A DNA stretch of 64,000 nt from Candidatus Levybacteria bacterium RIFCSPLOWO2_12_FULL_41_12. Lineage in GTDB: Bacteria; Patescibacteriota; Microgenomatia; Levybacterales; UBA12049. Positions 40,930-50,286 of this stretch are shown piece after piece. The notes under the pieces were generated by a model. That model was not told the DNA's origin. It saw only the letters and a list, made by a program, of their open reading frames with translations, and made no database searches. A program made the position numbers and the translations under genes. The number at the start of each line of letters is the position of its first letter. Position 1 is the first letter of the stretch. The stretch is taken from assembly GCA_001784155.1 (NCBI GenBank), contig MFPL01000006.1, positions 87,280-151,279 of the forward strand. The letters run 5' to 3'.

Positions 40930-41001
40930 TCCGCAGTAGCTCAACGGTAGAGCAGATCCCTGTTAAGGATAAGGTTCTAGGTTCGAATCCTAGCTGCGGA
41001 G
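40930..41001 (+). tRNA. tRNA-Asn (anticodon GUU)
   Basis: Hand-folded cloverleaf:
- acceptor: TCCGCAG paired with CTGCGGA
- U8 and A9 present
- D-stem: GCTC paired with GAGC
- anticodon stem: GATCC paired with GGATA (one G·A mismatch)
- anticodon loop: CU-GUU-AA
- T-arm: CTAGG-TTCGAAT-CCTAG
- discriminator: G
The 3' CCA is not encoded. Confidence 0.85.
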
Positions 41002-42477
41002 CCCTGTTGGATTATCAGTGTAATTGAGGATAGCGTCAAAGGGTTTTAGCAGGCTATATTTGACTAATCGTCCATCTAATACAGAGTTCTGAAGTATTAA
41101 CTTCAAAAGTTGCCTCTTTTCTTCTATTTCCGAACTTACGAACAAATTATAAGCGTTTTGAAGAAGCCGTAGAATGTATTCTGAGGTCAAATAGTAGTCG
41201 TCTTCGGCTTTCTGAAGATTAAATAGCTTAGTATCAATTTCGTCTATCTTTAGCTTAAAGGCTTTATACATTTTGTCATACCCATCGGCAGTAATACGCC
41301 CATCAAGTCTGTCTAAATACATTTCCTCAATCCTTTTTGCGTATTTTTCTTTTTCCTCGCTTAATTTCTTAACCTGTTCTTCTCTAAATTCGCTTTTACC
41401 CAGATGAACATTTCTAAGCGTTTCAATGGTTTCGTCTACCACACCCTCTGGCAACTGCAATTTTTTGAATAACTTCCCGAACTGTTCGGTTATATCTTCC
41501 TCACGAAGCCACTCTGCGTTGTGCTTGCCTTTATATTGAGTGCAGTGATAGTAAACATACTTATCTTTAGCCTTTTCAGGCGTTATCATACACCCGCAAT
41601 CGGCACAGCGAATAAGACCCCTATACATATAAGGCAACCCAGCGAATTTGAAGTGTTTTTTGTTGTATCCAGCCTTAATCTGTTGAACCTTGTCAAAAAG
41701 CTCTTTTGAAATAATCGTTTGGTATTTGTGTGAATAAAGTTTTCCCTTACTTAACATTTCCCCATAATAGAAAGGTTGCTTAAGGATAAAATCTACATAG
41801 CTGTTTGAAAAATTAAGATTGTAATCAGCTTTTAACTTTTCTCTTATGAGACGCATTGAAAATGCACCGGATGAATACCATTCATACATTTTTAGGACTA
41901 TTTTAGATTCAAATTCATCAGGCACTATATCTTTCTTTTCATTTTCTAAAGTAATGTTTTTATAGCCGTAAGGAGCTTTTCCAATCCATTGACCGCTTCT
42001 TAGCATTTGCTCTTGAGCCCTTTTAACATTGTCGCTTATTGCATCCGAGAAGTATTTCGCAAGCCCTAAACTAATACCAAACTGAAACTTTTCAACTGCT
42101 GATATTTGGCTGTTTATAACCTGCCCGTCTGATGGAAAATGTAGTTCTACCTCGTCTCTCAATGCCTTCTCGTATAGCGTTGCAACCCTTACATCAAAAA
42201 CATTCCTTGATAGTCTATCTACCTTATCAAAACAGACAACCATCTTTTCTTTTTGTCCAATTACGAAGTCTAAAATTTCGTCAAAGTCTTCTCTTTGGTC
42301 TTTATAAGCACTTTCATCAAAACTAAATTTCTTAATAATTTCGTATCCTTTTTTCTGGCAATATCCTTCAAGACGAGCTATCTGAGCAGGAAGAGAATTG
42401 CCTGCATCTTTTTGTTCTTCTGTTGATACACGAGCTATAATTATCGCTTCCATAATTAAAACTTTATTCTTTCCCAT
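40990..42477 (-). CDS. large serine recombinase (integrase)
   Basis: 495 aa. Resolvase catalytic domain 'IIARVSTEEQ…VDRLSRN', recombinase domain and Zn-ribbon 'CADCGCMITPEK…YYHC'. The stop overlaps the tRNA-Asn 3' end. The true start may be the internal Met at 42453. Confidence 0.85.
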   Translation of the reverse strand: MGKNKVLIMEAIIIARVSTEEQKDAGNSLPAQIARLEGYCQKKGYEIIKKFSFDESAYKDQREDFDEILDFVIGQKEKMVVCFDKVDRLSRNVFDVRVATLYEKALRDEVELHFPSDGQVINSQISAVEKFQFGISLGLAKYFSDAISDNVKRAQEQMLRSGQWIGKAPYGYKNITLENEKKDIVPDEFESKIVLKMYEWYSSGAFSMRLIREKLKADYNLNFSNSYVDFILKQPFYYGEMLSKGKLYSHKYQTIISKELFDKVQQIKAGYNKKHFKFAGLPYMYRGLIRCADCGCMITPEKAKDKYVYYHCTQYKGKHNAEWLREEDITEQFGKLFKKLQLPEGVVDETIETLRNVHLGKSEFREEQVKKLSEEKEKYAKRIEEMYLDRLDGRITADGYDKMYKAFKLKIDEIDTKLFNLQKAEDDYYLTSEYILRLLQNAYNLFVSSEIEEKRQLLKLILQNSVLDGRLVKYSLLKPFDAILNYTDNPTGLRS

Positions 42478-44726
42478 CCCTTTGCAGTCGTATTTTTGTT
42501 ATATTTGGCACCTTCATGAACGAACATTCCAGCCGATTTTGAGATTACTATTCCGCCAATAAGTTTCCTTGCCTTGTTTTTCCGAATGTAATCGTGTAAA
42601 ACATTTGCTTTCACTACAGTTTCATCACTTTCTGCGTGGATGCCTGATTTTGTATCGTAAATGCCTATTTTATCTTTGAAGAAAACTATGTAATCCGGAT
42701 AAAAAGAATGTTGTAATCCATCTTGAGGATGGATGTAGGGTATAGCAAAATATACTTCTTTATTCGTTCCATTTTTATACCAATAAAGAACAGATTTACT
42801 CTTGCTTATCATTTCTTCAAACTTCTGTTCTGGAATGCTACGAGAAGTTCTAAGATAACATGGACTCAGAGAATAATTCTTAACTTCAACCTTTTCGTGT
42901 AATTCATTGAAGTATTCTACCTCTGGAACATCCCAAAGCAATTCTTTCTTAACTTGCTTAGCTTCTTTATCTTTTCTATCTAATTCTTTGAATCTTTCTT
43001 TTGCCGACTCAATAATTTCCTTGAAGATTTTTTGATTGGATTCGGAACAAATTACAATTCTCTGAATTTCAATTCTACTAACATCTCCATAACCTAAGTA
43101 GTTATCAAACCAATCATATAAGCCTTGTTGAATCTTTGTGTGCGAACGAACAGGAGCATAAGGCAAGGAGCACGCTTTAGCAAAAAACTCAAACTTAAAT
43201 TTCAAATCGTCTTCCGACATAGTAAAGTTAACAATCTTTCCAATAACATTTTCTACATCGTCAATTCCTTGAAGGATAACATCGGAAATTATGGGTGTTG
43301 TTAATTCTTTTGGTAATAATTCAAGTTCCTTGTCAGCCTTCTTTTTGGCGACAGCTGGCATGTCTTTTTCCTTAATCCCAAAATACTTATTTGCTTCCTC
43401 TATTAGAAGTTTTCTAAAAGACAAGGTAAGGTCACCATAATCTATTCTTCTAAGGTATGTTGATGGAAGTTTTACTTCTTTATATTTTCCGATTCTATGA
43501 GCGGGTTGTATACGAAAGAAGGATTTGCTCTCAGAATCTTTTGCAATCTGAATCTTCGGTAGATTACTGTATACAAAGCCTTGATTTAATTCATCACTGT
43601 CGTAATGTTTCGCCTCAGGCATCCTCAAAATCCTTCCTACAGTTTGTATTTCAAAAGTCACGCTTTTTATGTCACGAAACATAATTAAGATTTGAGCACG
43701 AGGACAATCCCACCCTAAAGCTATTGCCTGCTTGAAAATAAGAACACGAACACCGTCATCGTTATTTGATATAGTCTCAATGTTTTCTTTCCTGTCAGAT
43801 AACCAAATTCCTAAAAGTCCATTTCCTACAGTTATATTATGTTTTGCATGCAAATATCTCATCACAAATATAATTTTTCTCACATCAAGAGCACTCATAG
43901 TTTCGCTTTCATTAGGCAGTTGAATAAGAATTAAGGGATTTATCTTTAATCTATTTTTATAAAGTTCAATAAGTTCTTTTTGTTTAGCGAGTGCAGATTC
44001 TAAAATAACCTCATCTGCAACGGAATTGAAGTCTTTATATTTTCCTATTTCCTCATTTATAACAACATCCTTTTTTATCATGCCCTGTTCTATTACATCC
44101 TCAAACTTAACAGAAATGTAACCAGCGTCTTCATTAGCAATATCCTCTGGTTTTGGCTCAAGTTTTGGAGTTGCAGAAACCTCAATTGTGAGCTTAGGAG
44201 CTATGACATCTTGCACAAGATTCTGTGATTTTTCTGACCAATAATGATAATGGCTCTCATCAACAATTAGTATTATTTGTAAGCCCTTTTCTTTTGTGTT
44301 GTTTATGAAAGTCCGGAGATTTCTATCATTTTCGTTTTCTCGCATATATAGATTGGTATACTCACCAGTTCTTCTATCTTGTTTTATAAGGCTATGCCAG
44401 TTAACAAAAGCAATTTCATTTTCTTTCAGTTCGTTATTTTGAATATCATCAAGATAGGAAAATGTATATCTGCTGGGATTAAGGTAATCTTCTAATTTTC
44501 CTCTGCTCTGTTTATGTAAATCGTTTCCGCTAATCCATAAGAAAGCATACTTAGAAGGTAATTGTTCATCTGCAAGATTTCTAAGGTAATCTGCTACAAC
44601 AATAGTTTTTCCAGAACCTGTAGGAGCCTTGAATACACATACTCTTTGACCATCTTTTGCAAGAAGAATCCTGCTGGCTTTCAGCAATTTATCTACTGCT
44701 GTTTCTTGGTAACGCTTAAGTTTCAT
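42456..44726 (-). CDS. res: Type III restriction enzyme Res subunit (SF2 helicase + PD-(D/E)xK nuclease)
   Basis: 756 aa. 'APTGSGKT', 'DESHYHYW', and a C-terminal 'PDYIVFFKDK…YDTKSG' nuclease motif. Immediately downstream of mod. Confidence 0.75.
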   Translation of the reverse strand: MKLKRYQETAVDKLLKASRILLAKDGQRVCVFKAPTGSGKTIVVADYLRNLADEQLPSKYAFLWISGNDLHKQSRGKLEDYLNPSRYTFSYLDDIQNNELKENEIAFVNWHSLIKQDRRTGEYTNLYMRENENDRNLRTFINNTKEKGLQIILIVDESHYHYWSEKSQNLVQDVIAPKLTIEVSATPKLEPKPEDIANEDAGYISVKFEDVIEQGMIKKDVVINEEIGKYKDFNSVADEVILESALAKQKELIELYKNRLKINPLILIQLPNESETMSALDVRKIIFVMRYLHAKHNITVGNGLLGIWLSDRKENIETISNNDDGVRVLIFKQAIALGWDCPRAQILIMFRDIKSVTFEIQTVGRILRMPEAKHYDSDELNQGFVYSNLPKIQIAKDSESKSFFRIQPAHRIGKYKEVKLPSTYLRRIDYGDLTLSFRKLLIEEANKYFGIKEKDMPAVAKKKADKELELLPKELTTPIISDVILQGIDDVENVIGKIVNFTMSEDDLKFKFEFFAKACSLPYAPVRSHTKIQQGLYDWFDNYLGYGDVSRIEIQRIVICSESNQKIFKEIIESAKERFKELDRKDKEAKQVKKELLWDVPEVEYFNELHEKVEVKNYSLSPCYLRTSRSIPEQKFEEMISKSKSVLYWYKNGTNKEVYFAIPYIHPQDGLQHSFYPDYIVFFKDKIGIYDTKSGIHAESDETVVKANVLHDYIRKNKARKLIGGIVISKSAGMFVHEGAKYNKNTTAKGWERIKF

Positions 44727-46399
44727 TTGAATAATTTCCTATATACCTCCAATATGCTTTCAGGAATAGGACATAATTCGTGCTTTAATTCTAAATCTTC
44801 AAAGTCCTCATTAAAAGTATCATTTGTTAGAGAAAAAACATAAATACTAGCGGGAAGGTTTTGCTCTTTTAGCTTCTTCTTTAGTTCATCTAAATCATCT
44901 AAGTTAAATAAAATTCCAGTTGTATGCTTAGCATCTTTATAAATCTTAAAACCAGTCTTATCAAGAACTTTTTCAAAGGTGTTTTCTCTAATACATATCA
45001 TTTCTGTTGAGCGTTTAACTAATTCTTTCCTTGTATCGTCAGACACTTTAGACTTTGATACGAAAGAAGTTTTGAAATATCTTAAGTTAATTGGAATCCC
45101 AGTTAAATCTTCTAGACCTGAAACGCTTTTCGTAATAGCTTTAATCCTTTTGTAGGTAACATTCTCTGCGATATTGTTCTCATTGTTTGTGCAGAGGATA
45201 AATTGCCTCTTAAGACCATCCTTTTTATTGAGGATTGCTACTGCATGACCAGTCGTTCCAGAACCTGCAAAGAAATCAAGAATAATTGGTTGCCTCCTTT
45301 TTTTTGTTGCATAAGAGATAAAATCTATCATTGTATAAATTGATTTTGGAAATGGAAAATCAGTATCAGGCAACAATTTTTTTAAGAACATTGTTCCATG
45401 CGGTCCTGCATTATATCTTGAATCAAACCAATTACTGTAAACTGGTTTATAAACCTTGCTTCTTTTTTTTATCACTTTCATTGATAAGTTAGGAAGCGAA
45501 GCCTTGATTTCCTGTTTTGAAATTAAATCAATCATTGTCTCCCTTCCGTATCGCCATCTTCTTTCTCCGCCATTTCCATCAAGGGGATAAACTCTCTTGT
45601 ATCCCTCTGGAGTATCTTCCGTAGGATATTTTTCATCTTTTTTCAATTCTTCCCCGACACCTTTAATTTGTCCTGTTTTTTTATCTACTAGAATAGCAAA
45701 AAACATTCGTGGTCTTCCTATTCTATAGTAATCATTACCAGCACCTGCCTTGAGTAGGCTCCATTCTTCCGTGACTTCTTCAATGTAATCCCCTAAGAAT
45801 AGGTTTTTCCCTTTAGGAACTGAGACAATTGCATATTCATGTGTTGCTGAAATGTTAAGACCTCCTGAACCTTGAGGATGATGATTAACAACAACCACCT
45901 CATGCGTATACGAGGGCAGTATTTCTTCAAGTAACAATTTCAGATTTGCAAATTCATTATCGTCAATAGCACAGATAAGAATCCCATCCTCTGTTAATAG
46001 ATTTCTAGCAAGTGTAAGCCTGTGATGCATCATGTTAATCCATTTGCTATGTCTATAGTTATCATTACTATCTACATAATGATTGTTATATTTCCAATCT
46101 TTAGCTCCAGTATTGTAAGGAGGGTCAATATATATAACATCTATCTTTCCAGCATGGGTATAATTTAAAACCGAAAGTGAATGATAATTATCTCCTTCAA
46201 TTATTAAATTAGTAGGTAAGCCTTCATCTTTTTGTATAGCTTTATCTTTTGATTCTTCAAGGACTGGTAACTCTTTTTTACATTGCTCAACGACATCCTC
46301 AGGCTTATCTTCCCAAACTAAACCATATTTTTTACGCTTTTTAACTTCCTTAACAAGGGCAACCAATTCTTCCTTTGTCATGTCATCTATTTTTTTCAT
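44723..46399 (-). CDS. mod: Type III R-M Mod subunit (beta-class N6-adenine DNA methyltransferase)
   Basis: 558 aa. Motif IV 'IYIDPPYN' precedes motif I 'FAGSGTTG'. Contains two A8 homopolymer tracts. Confidence 0.8.
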   Translation of the reverse strand: MKKIDDMTKEELVALVKEVKKRKKYGLVWEDKPEDVVEQCKKELPVLEESKDKAIQKDEGLPTNLIIEGDNYHSLSVLNYTHAGKIDVIYIDPPYNTGAKDWKYNNHYVDSNDNYRHSKWINMMHHRLTLARNLLTEDGILICAIDDNEFANLKLLLEEILPSYTHEVVVVNHHPQGSGGLNISATHEYAIVSVPKGKNLFLGDYIEEVTEEWSLLKAGAGNDYYRIGRPRMFFAILVDKKTGQIKGVGEELKKDEKYPTEDTPEGYKRVYPLDGNGGERRWRYGRETMIDLISKQEIKASLPNLSMKVIKKRSKVYKPVYSNWFDSRYNAGPHGTMFLKKLLPDTDFPFPKSIYTMIDFISYATKKRRQPIILDFFAGSGTTGHAVAILNKKDGLKRQFILCTNNENNIAENVTYKRIKAITKSVSGLEDLTGIPINLRYFKTSFVSKSKVSDDTRKELVKRSTEMICIRENTFEKVLDKTGFKIYKDAKHTTGILFNLDDLDELKKKLKEQNLPASIYVFSLTNDTFNEDFEDLELKHELCPIPESILEVYRKLFK

Positions 46400-46400
46400 A

Positions 46401-46568
46401 TTATTTTTGCTTTAAAAATTTTTCCAAATCTTCCCTTCTTATCCTATATTGCTTTCCCGCCTTTAAGGCAATAAGTTTCTTTGCTCGTATCCATCTATAG
46501 ACGGTAAGGTAGGCGACATTAAGCATTTGAGAAACTTCTTCAATAGAATAAAACTGTTCTTCTTTCAT
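46401..46568 (-). CDS. excisionase-family HTH DNA-binding protein (Xis-like)
   Basis: A 55-aa ORF not in the track. MKEEQFYSIEEVSQMLNVAYLTVYRWIRAKKLIALKAGKQYRIRREDLEKFLKQK has the MerR/Xis-type HTH pattern (…s.eEva..L.vs..TvyrW.r.g.l.a.k.G…ri…dle.fl). Confidence 0.55.
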   Translation of the reverse strand: MKEEQFYSIEEVSQMLNVAYLTVYRWIRAKKLIALKAGKQYRIRREDLEKFLKQK

Positions 46569-47173
46569 ATTTTTAACCAATTTCTAATATCGCTCCACAT
46601 ATTCTCTTTTTCATTTTCCCAGTTGAGACAAATATAATCAAAGTGATAAAGCATTCTTCTGAAGGAAATGCTTTCTTCCGCTTTTGAATGACCCTCAAAA
46701 TTGTCAAATGCAAACATTGCCTTAACTTTTGGAAATAGTCTTTTAATATCGCCGGATATTACATTTGCGGAAATTGCATCGTGACTTGGGAAATTTGATA
46801 GCTTACTCGTGGTTCTTCTTGTAGCTTTTTTAAGCTCCATAATAATCGCTGGAACAATAATGTTTCCTCTTACCATTACGCCCGTTGTTTTTACAAAATC
46901 CCCAATTAGTTTTTCTCTTGGAATTGTCTGCTCATAGATGATTACATCTATTTCTTGTGCACCGCCATATAGCTTCCATTCTCCATCTTTTGTTTTGAAA
47001 AAGGAGAAATCACGAAGAATATAATTGTCCGAAGCATCGCTCTCATAGCCTCCTATTACTTTTATGGTTTTATTATCTATGCTTTTTAATTTTTCCCGTA
47101 AGAAACGGACGACTTCTCTGTTAAATTCCTGCTCCGTAGCAAAGATAGTATTTCGCATATCCTTATTTATCAT
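46565..47173 (-). CDS. hypothetical protein with putative PD-(D/E)xK nuclease motif
   Basis: 202 aa. 'EIDVIIYEQ' followed about 35 aa later by 'VPAIIMELKK', giving a D…E.K pattern. Inference only. Confidence 0.4.
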   Translation of the reverse strand: MINKDMRNTIFATEQEFNREVVRFLREKLKSIDNKTIKVIGGYESDASDNYILRDFSFFKTKDGEWKLYGGAQEIDVIIYEQTIPREKLIGDFVKTTGVMVRGNIIVPAIIMELKKATRRTTSKLSNFPSHDAISANVISGDIKRLFPKVKAMFAFDNFEGHSKAEESISFRRMLYHFDYICLNWENEKENMWSDIRNWLKI

Positions 47174-48308
47174 TATTTATCATTTCAGCTTCAAAGTCAA
47201 CTAGGCTTAATGGTTCAAACTGTTCTATGCTCTGCCTAATAGGTTTGAATACATCAAGAGAATTTTTAGGATAATTATAGCTGTTCATTTGAGAATTAAA
47301 ATCATACCAACTGTTTCTAGGATGTTTTTTTAGTAGTTCTCGTAATTCTCTTGGATTATTTTCTTCCAATGCTTTACGAAAGCCTAAGGCTGTAAATACA
47401 TCTTTTATTTTTGTTTTGGTATTGTCTATTTCAAACTGAGCAATAAAATCTTTGCTTGATTTTGGGTCAAAATAAAGAGGTTTTGGGTATCCTTTTTCAA
47501 TATCTTCAAGATAGCTTAGAAGTATTTTTTGAGCAATTTCCTTTTTAAATATATTTTGAAAAGTTGGTTCTACCTTATATCCATTATCACTGAGCACTTT
47601 CCTCAATTTTTGCCTTGTGTTGATTCTTAACTCCATTCTCAAAACTTCAAAAGGCTTGTGTTTTCTTGCTTCTTGAATGTCGCTAAAAAGATTCATTTGA
47701 AGGGAATTATCTTTTTCTATTGCCCTTTTTTCGCTAATTTTTGCTTGCTCCAAATCTTTTATTTTGTCATAGAATGTTAATTCCCATGTATTGGCATGCC
47801 ATTTAATTGAATGTCCTTCATTTCTAAAATCTGATTGGTTGAAATCAAGCCTCTTCGTTATGTTGGCTTTGCTTAGTTCTTTTAAAACTGTGAAGGCAAT
47901 CAATCCATTTGTTAGTTTGATATTTTTAGAATAATGAACTGACGAAACTGGTGCTTTTATGAAAAGTTCCCAAAACACTTTGACTCCCATTTCGCTTAGC
48001 TTTGTTTGTAATAACTTAGCAACTGCTTTAAAATTCTCATCATCTAATTCTTCAAAATTATTTCCATAAAGCAACTTAGGTAAGGATAACTCTATTGAAA
48101 GGGTTGGTTCAAAGCGACCAGAGGAATTAAACCTTTTTTGTAAAGTTAATTTTGGTTTGTATATTCCGCTCATCAACTCTGATTTAGTCGGGTTTTGGAC
48201 AAGTGAAAAAAATCCTCTCGCAGAGTTCATAGTGTCTTTTTGAAATCGCCCAATATCTGTTACAAAAAACATATTATTTTCCAAAACTATTTTCACTGTA
48301 TCTATCAT
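47163..48308 (-). CDS. hypothetical protein (possible replication-initiator-like cargo protein)
   Basis: 381 aa. No confident motif. The Rep-like idea rests only on its size and its mobile-element context. Confidence 0.4.
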   Translation of the reverse strand: MIDTVKIVLENNMFFVTDIGRFQKDTMNSARGFFSLVQNPTKSELMSGIYKPKLTLQKRFNSSGRFEPTLSIELSLPKLLYGNNFEELDDENFKAVAKLLQTKLSEMGVKVFWELFIKAPVSSVHYSKNIKLTNGLIAFTVLKELSKANITKRLDFNQSDFRNEGHSIKWHANTWELTFYDKIKDLEQAKISEKRAIEKDNSLQMNLFSDIQEARKHKPFEVLRMELRINTRQKLRKVLSDNGYKVEPTFQNIFKKEIAQKILLSYLEDIEKGYPKPLYFDPKSSKDFIAQFEIDNTKTKIKDVFTALGFRKALEENNPRELRELLKKHPRNSWYDFNSQMNSYNYPKNSLDVFKPIRQSIEQFEPLSLVDFEAEMINNDK

Positions 48309-48564
48309 TTTTCATTACATCTTCAAACTCTTTGATGACCTCCTTTTCTATTGATTTTGCGAAAACTTTGTTTATCGGATGGAAAATATTTATATTTCTT
48401 TCTCCTACTTTCTTTGTCGGGTATACTAACCGGTAACCGCCTTCTGGTCGTGTCAGAATGCCAATAGAACCTAAATATAGGCTCTCGTTTAATACGAAGC
48501 TCGCAAAGGCAACTAAGCCATTCTGTGGCTTAATAGGAATAATCTGAATTTCAGTTATTTTCAT
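48274..48564 (-). CDS. SpoVG-family nucleic-acid-binding protein
   Basis: 96 aa. 'ITEIQIIPIKPQNGLVAFASFVLNESLYLGSIGILTRPEGGYRLVYPTKK…INIFHPINK' parallels SpoVG (VTDVRL…G.L.A.ASIT.D..FV.HDIRVI.G..GLFVAMPS.R…..DIAHPI). Confidence 0.6.
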   Translation of the reverse strand: MKITEIQIIPIKPQNGLVAFASFVLNESLYLGSIGILTRPEGGYRLVYPTKKVGERNINIFHPINKVFAKSIEKEVIKEFEDVMKNDRYSENSFGK

Positions 48565-48722
48565 TATTTTCTTTTCTTAGTTCTCTGGTCTATTTCAACC
48601 AAAAGACCCATAAACTTTACAAATCTATCTTTATATTCCCTTACTTCTTCGTCAGATAATTTCTTTCCATACATCTGCTCTAAGAAGTTTTTAAGTTTTT
48701 GCTTGCTGTCTGCTTTTTCCAT
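48564..48722 (-). CDS. possible 52-aa small protein
   Basis: Short ORF not in the track (MEKADSKQKLKNFLEQMYGKKLSDEEVREYKDRFVKFMGLLVEIDQRTKKRK). Fits the minus-strand operon. Speculative. Confidence 0.3.
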   Translation of the reverse strand: MEKADSKQKLKNFLEQMYGKKLSDEEVREYKDRFVKFMGLLVEIDQRTKKRK

Positions 48723-48826
48723 TAGGATAAGCGTGCTACCTCAATAAGCGTTGAGGTCAAGATTTAGGACATTTAGGTTATGAGGGTAAATTTGAAACCT
48801 CTATAGAGATTTCAAACCTAAAGGGG

Positions 48827-50233
48827 TTAAGGTTTTGGCAGTATTTTAATTCTGTATGCACCCACGGCTGGCTTATCTTCTGCGTTGTCGTCTTGTGTAG
48901 ATACTATAATTATTTTTTTCTTTGCTTCTTCGGGCATTCTATCTTCAATCTGTTTTATAGTTGAGCGAACATATCCAACATCTTTATTGCCTTTCATCTC
49001 ATTTATAGTAGCCCAACCGCCTTTTTTATCAGTAAGTGCCTTAAATATGTGTCTTCTATCTTCACTATTAAAGTCAATTTTCCCTAAAGTTCCAAAAACG
49101 AAACTATTACCTTCCCATCTAAAATCATCTTGCCAAGAAATTTTACTTTTATTTGTTTTTTCAAGAGCTTTGGTTGTTATTTGCTGATTTTCATTTTTTT
49201 GAATGAGCACCGGCTTATCTACGAGTTTATTTCCCCTAGACTTAATAGCTTTTACTTTATCAAGTAGATCATAATAGCTATTTATATTTAGCGTTATCTC
49301 TGCATCAAGAGACATTTCTCTATGTAGATAATCTATTATTACGCCTATTTTCTTTAGATAATCTAAAACTTTAATATAGCCACCTGTTAAGTCATCAATG
49401 TCTGAAGTATCATAGCCCTCAACATCGTGAAATGATGAAACGAAACTAAAGTTTATTTTATCTGATTGGACTATTTGCAATTGTTCTTCAATTTGCGTTA
49501 GCACAAGATAGATTTCGTTGAGATTACTTTCCGTAAGATTTTCTATACTTGTCCTGCGTTGAATTAAATAATTTGAATGCCATCTATGAAACTCAGGAAT
49601 ATCCAGCAAAAAATAATGAGTTGGCTGTTGATTAGGGGGTAGAAGTCTATTGTTTAATGGGTGGACTTTAAGAGCTTTCTCGTCTTGGAGTTGGAGAAGA
49701 ATGTTGCGTATTTCCTCTCTCGGTAATCGGTCTAACCCGTTTGTAGCATTTAAGTAAAGTGTTGCCGTAAAAAAGCCTTTGTGAAGAGTTTTACTAGCCT
49801 CTACTACCGCTTTAACGATAAGGTCTAGTTTTTCCTCATAGGTCATTACGGCGTTGCTGTTGGGCTTCGTTTGGCTACCTGCGGGCTTTTTGCCTGTAAA
49901 CTCTTGGTATTCTAGTTCTTGTTGGATTTTCAAGAAGTAGCTGTCAAAGGCTGGTAGAAGCTTTATATGCCAGCAACCATCGTCTGCGTGGTCGTAGGGG
50001 TCGGGGTCAAGTTCACCAAGAGTTGAATTTGCTCTCTTTGATGCTTTTAAGACTTTCAAAACCCGTTCGTCTTTTTCTAACTTGGCAAACAGTTGTGATA
50101 ATTCAACATCTCTGAAATTGCCATTCAGGTCGTTCATGGGGTCTATTTTCAAAGGTTGACCAGAAGGGGCTATAGTCCTTGCGTCGTCAATTGCGTCTAG
50201 GAGAAAGTAGAGTTTTTCTTTACCGTTCATCAT
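48827..50233 (-). CDS. hypothetical acidic protein (468 aa), first gene of the island cargo block
   Basis: Long ORF with an amino-acid composition typical of this genome. No recognisable domain. Confidence 0.5.
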   Translation of the reverse strand: MMNGKEKLYFLLDAIDDARTIAPSGQPLKIDPMNDLNGNFRDVELSQLFAKLEKDERVLKVLKASKRANSTLGELDPDPYDHADDGCWHIKLLPAFDSYFLKIQQELEYQEFTGKKPAGSQTKPNSNAVMTYEEKLDLIVKAVVEASKTLHKGFFTATLYLNATNGLDRLPREEIRNILLQLQDEKALKVHPLNNRLLPPNQQPTHYFLLDIPEFHRWHSNYLIQRRTSIENLTESNLNEIYLVLTQIEEQLQIVQSDKINFSFVSSFHDVEGYDTSDIDDLTGGYIKVLDYLKKIGVIIDYLHREMSLDAEITLNINSYYDLLDKVKAIKSRGNKLVDKPVLIQKNENQQITTKALEKTNKSKISWQDDFRWEGNSFVFGTLGKIDFNSEDRRHIFKALTDKKGGWATINEMKGNKDVGYVRSTIKQIEDRMPEEAKKKIIIVSTQDDNAEDKPAVGAYRIKILPKP

Positions 50234-50286
50234 AATTCATTACATTTTCAGTAGCAGTATTGTAATATTTTGCTAATATATACTCA

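Noticed and set aside
40627-41001. Possibility that 40627-40649 and 40930-41001 are the two exons of a single intron-containing tRNA, with the GIY-YIG gene as a homing endonuclease inside a group I intron
   Set aside because: The downstream tRNA-Asn folds as a complete 72-nt cloverleaf on its own. No acceptor 3' strand complementary to the upstream fragment (TCACGGA) exists in between. The fragment is therefore better explained as a partial duplicate.
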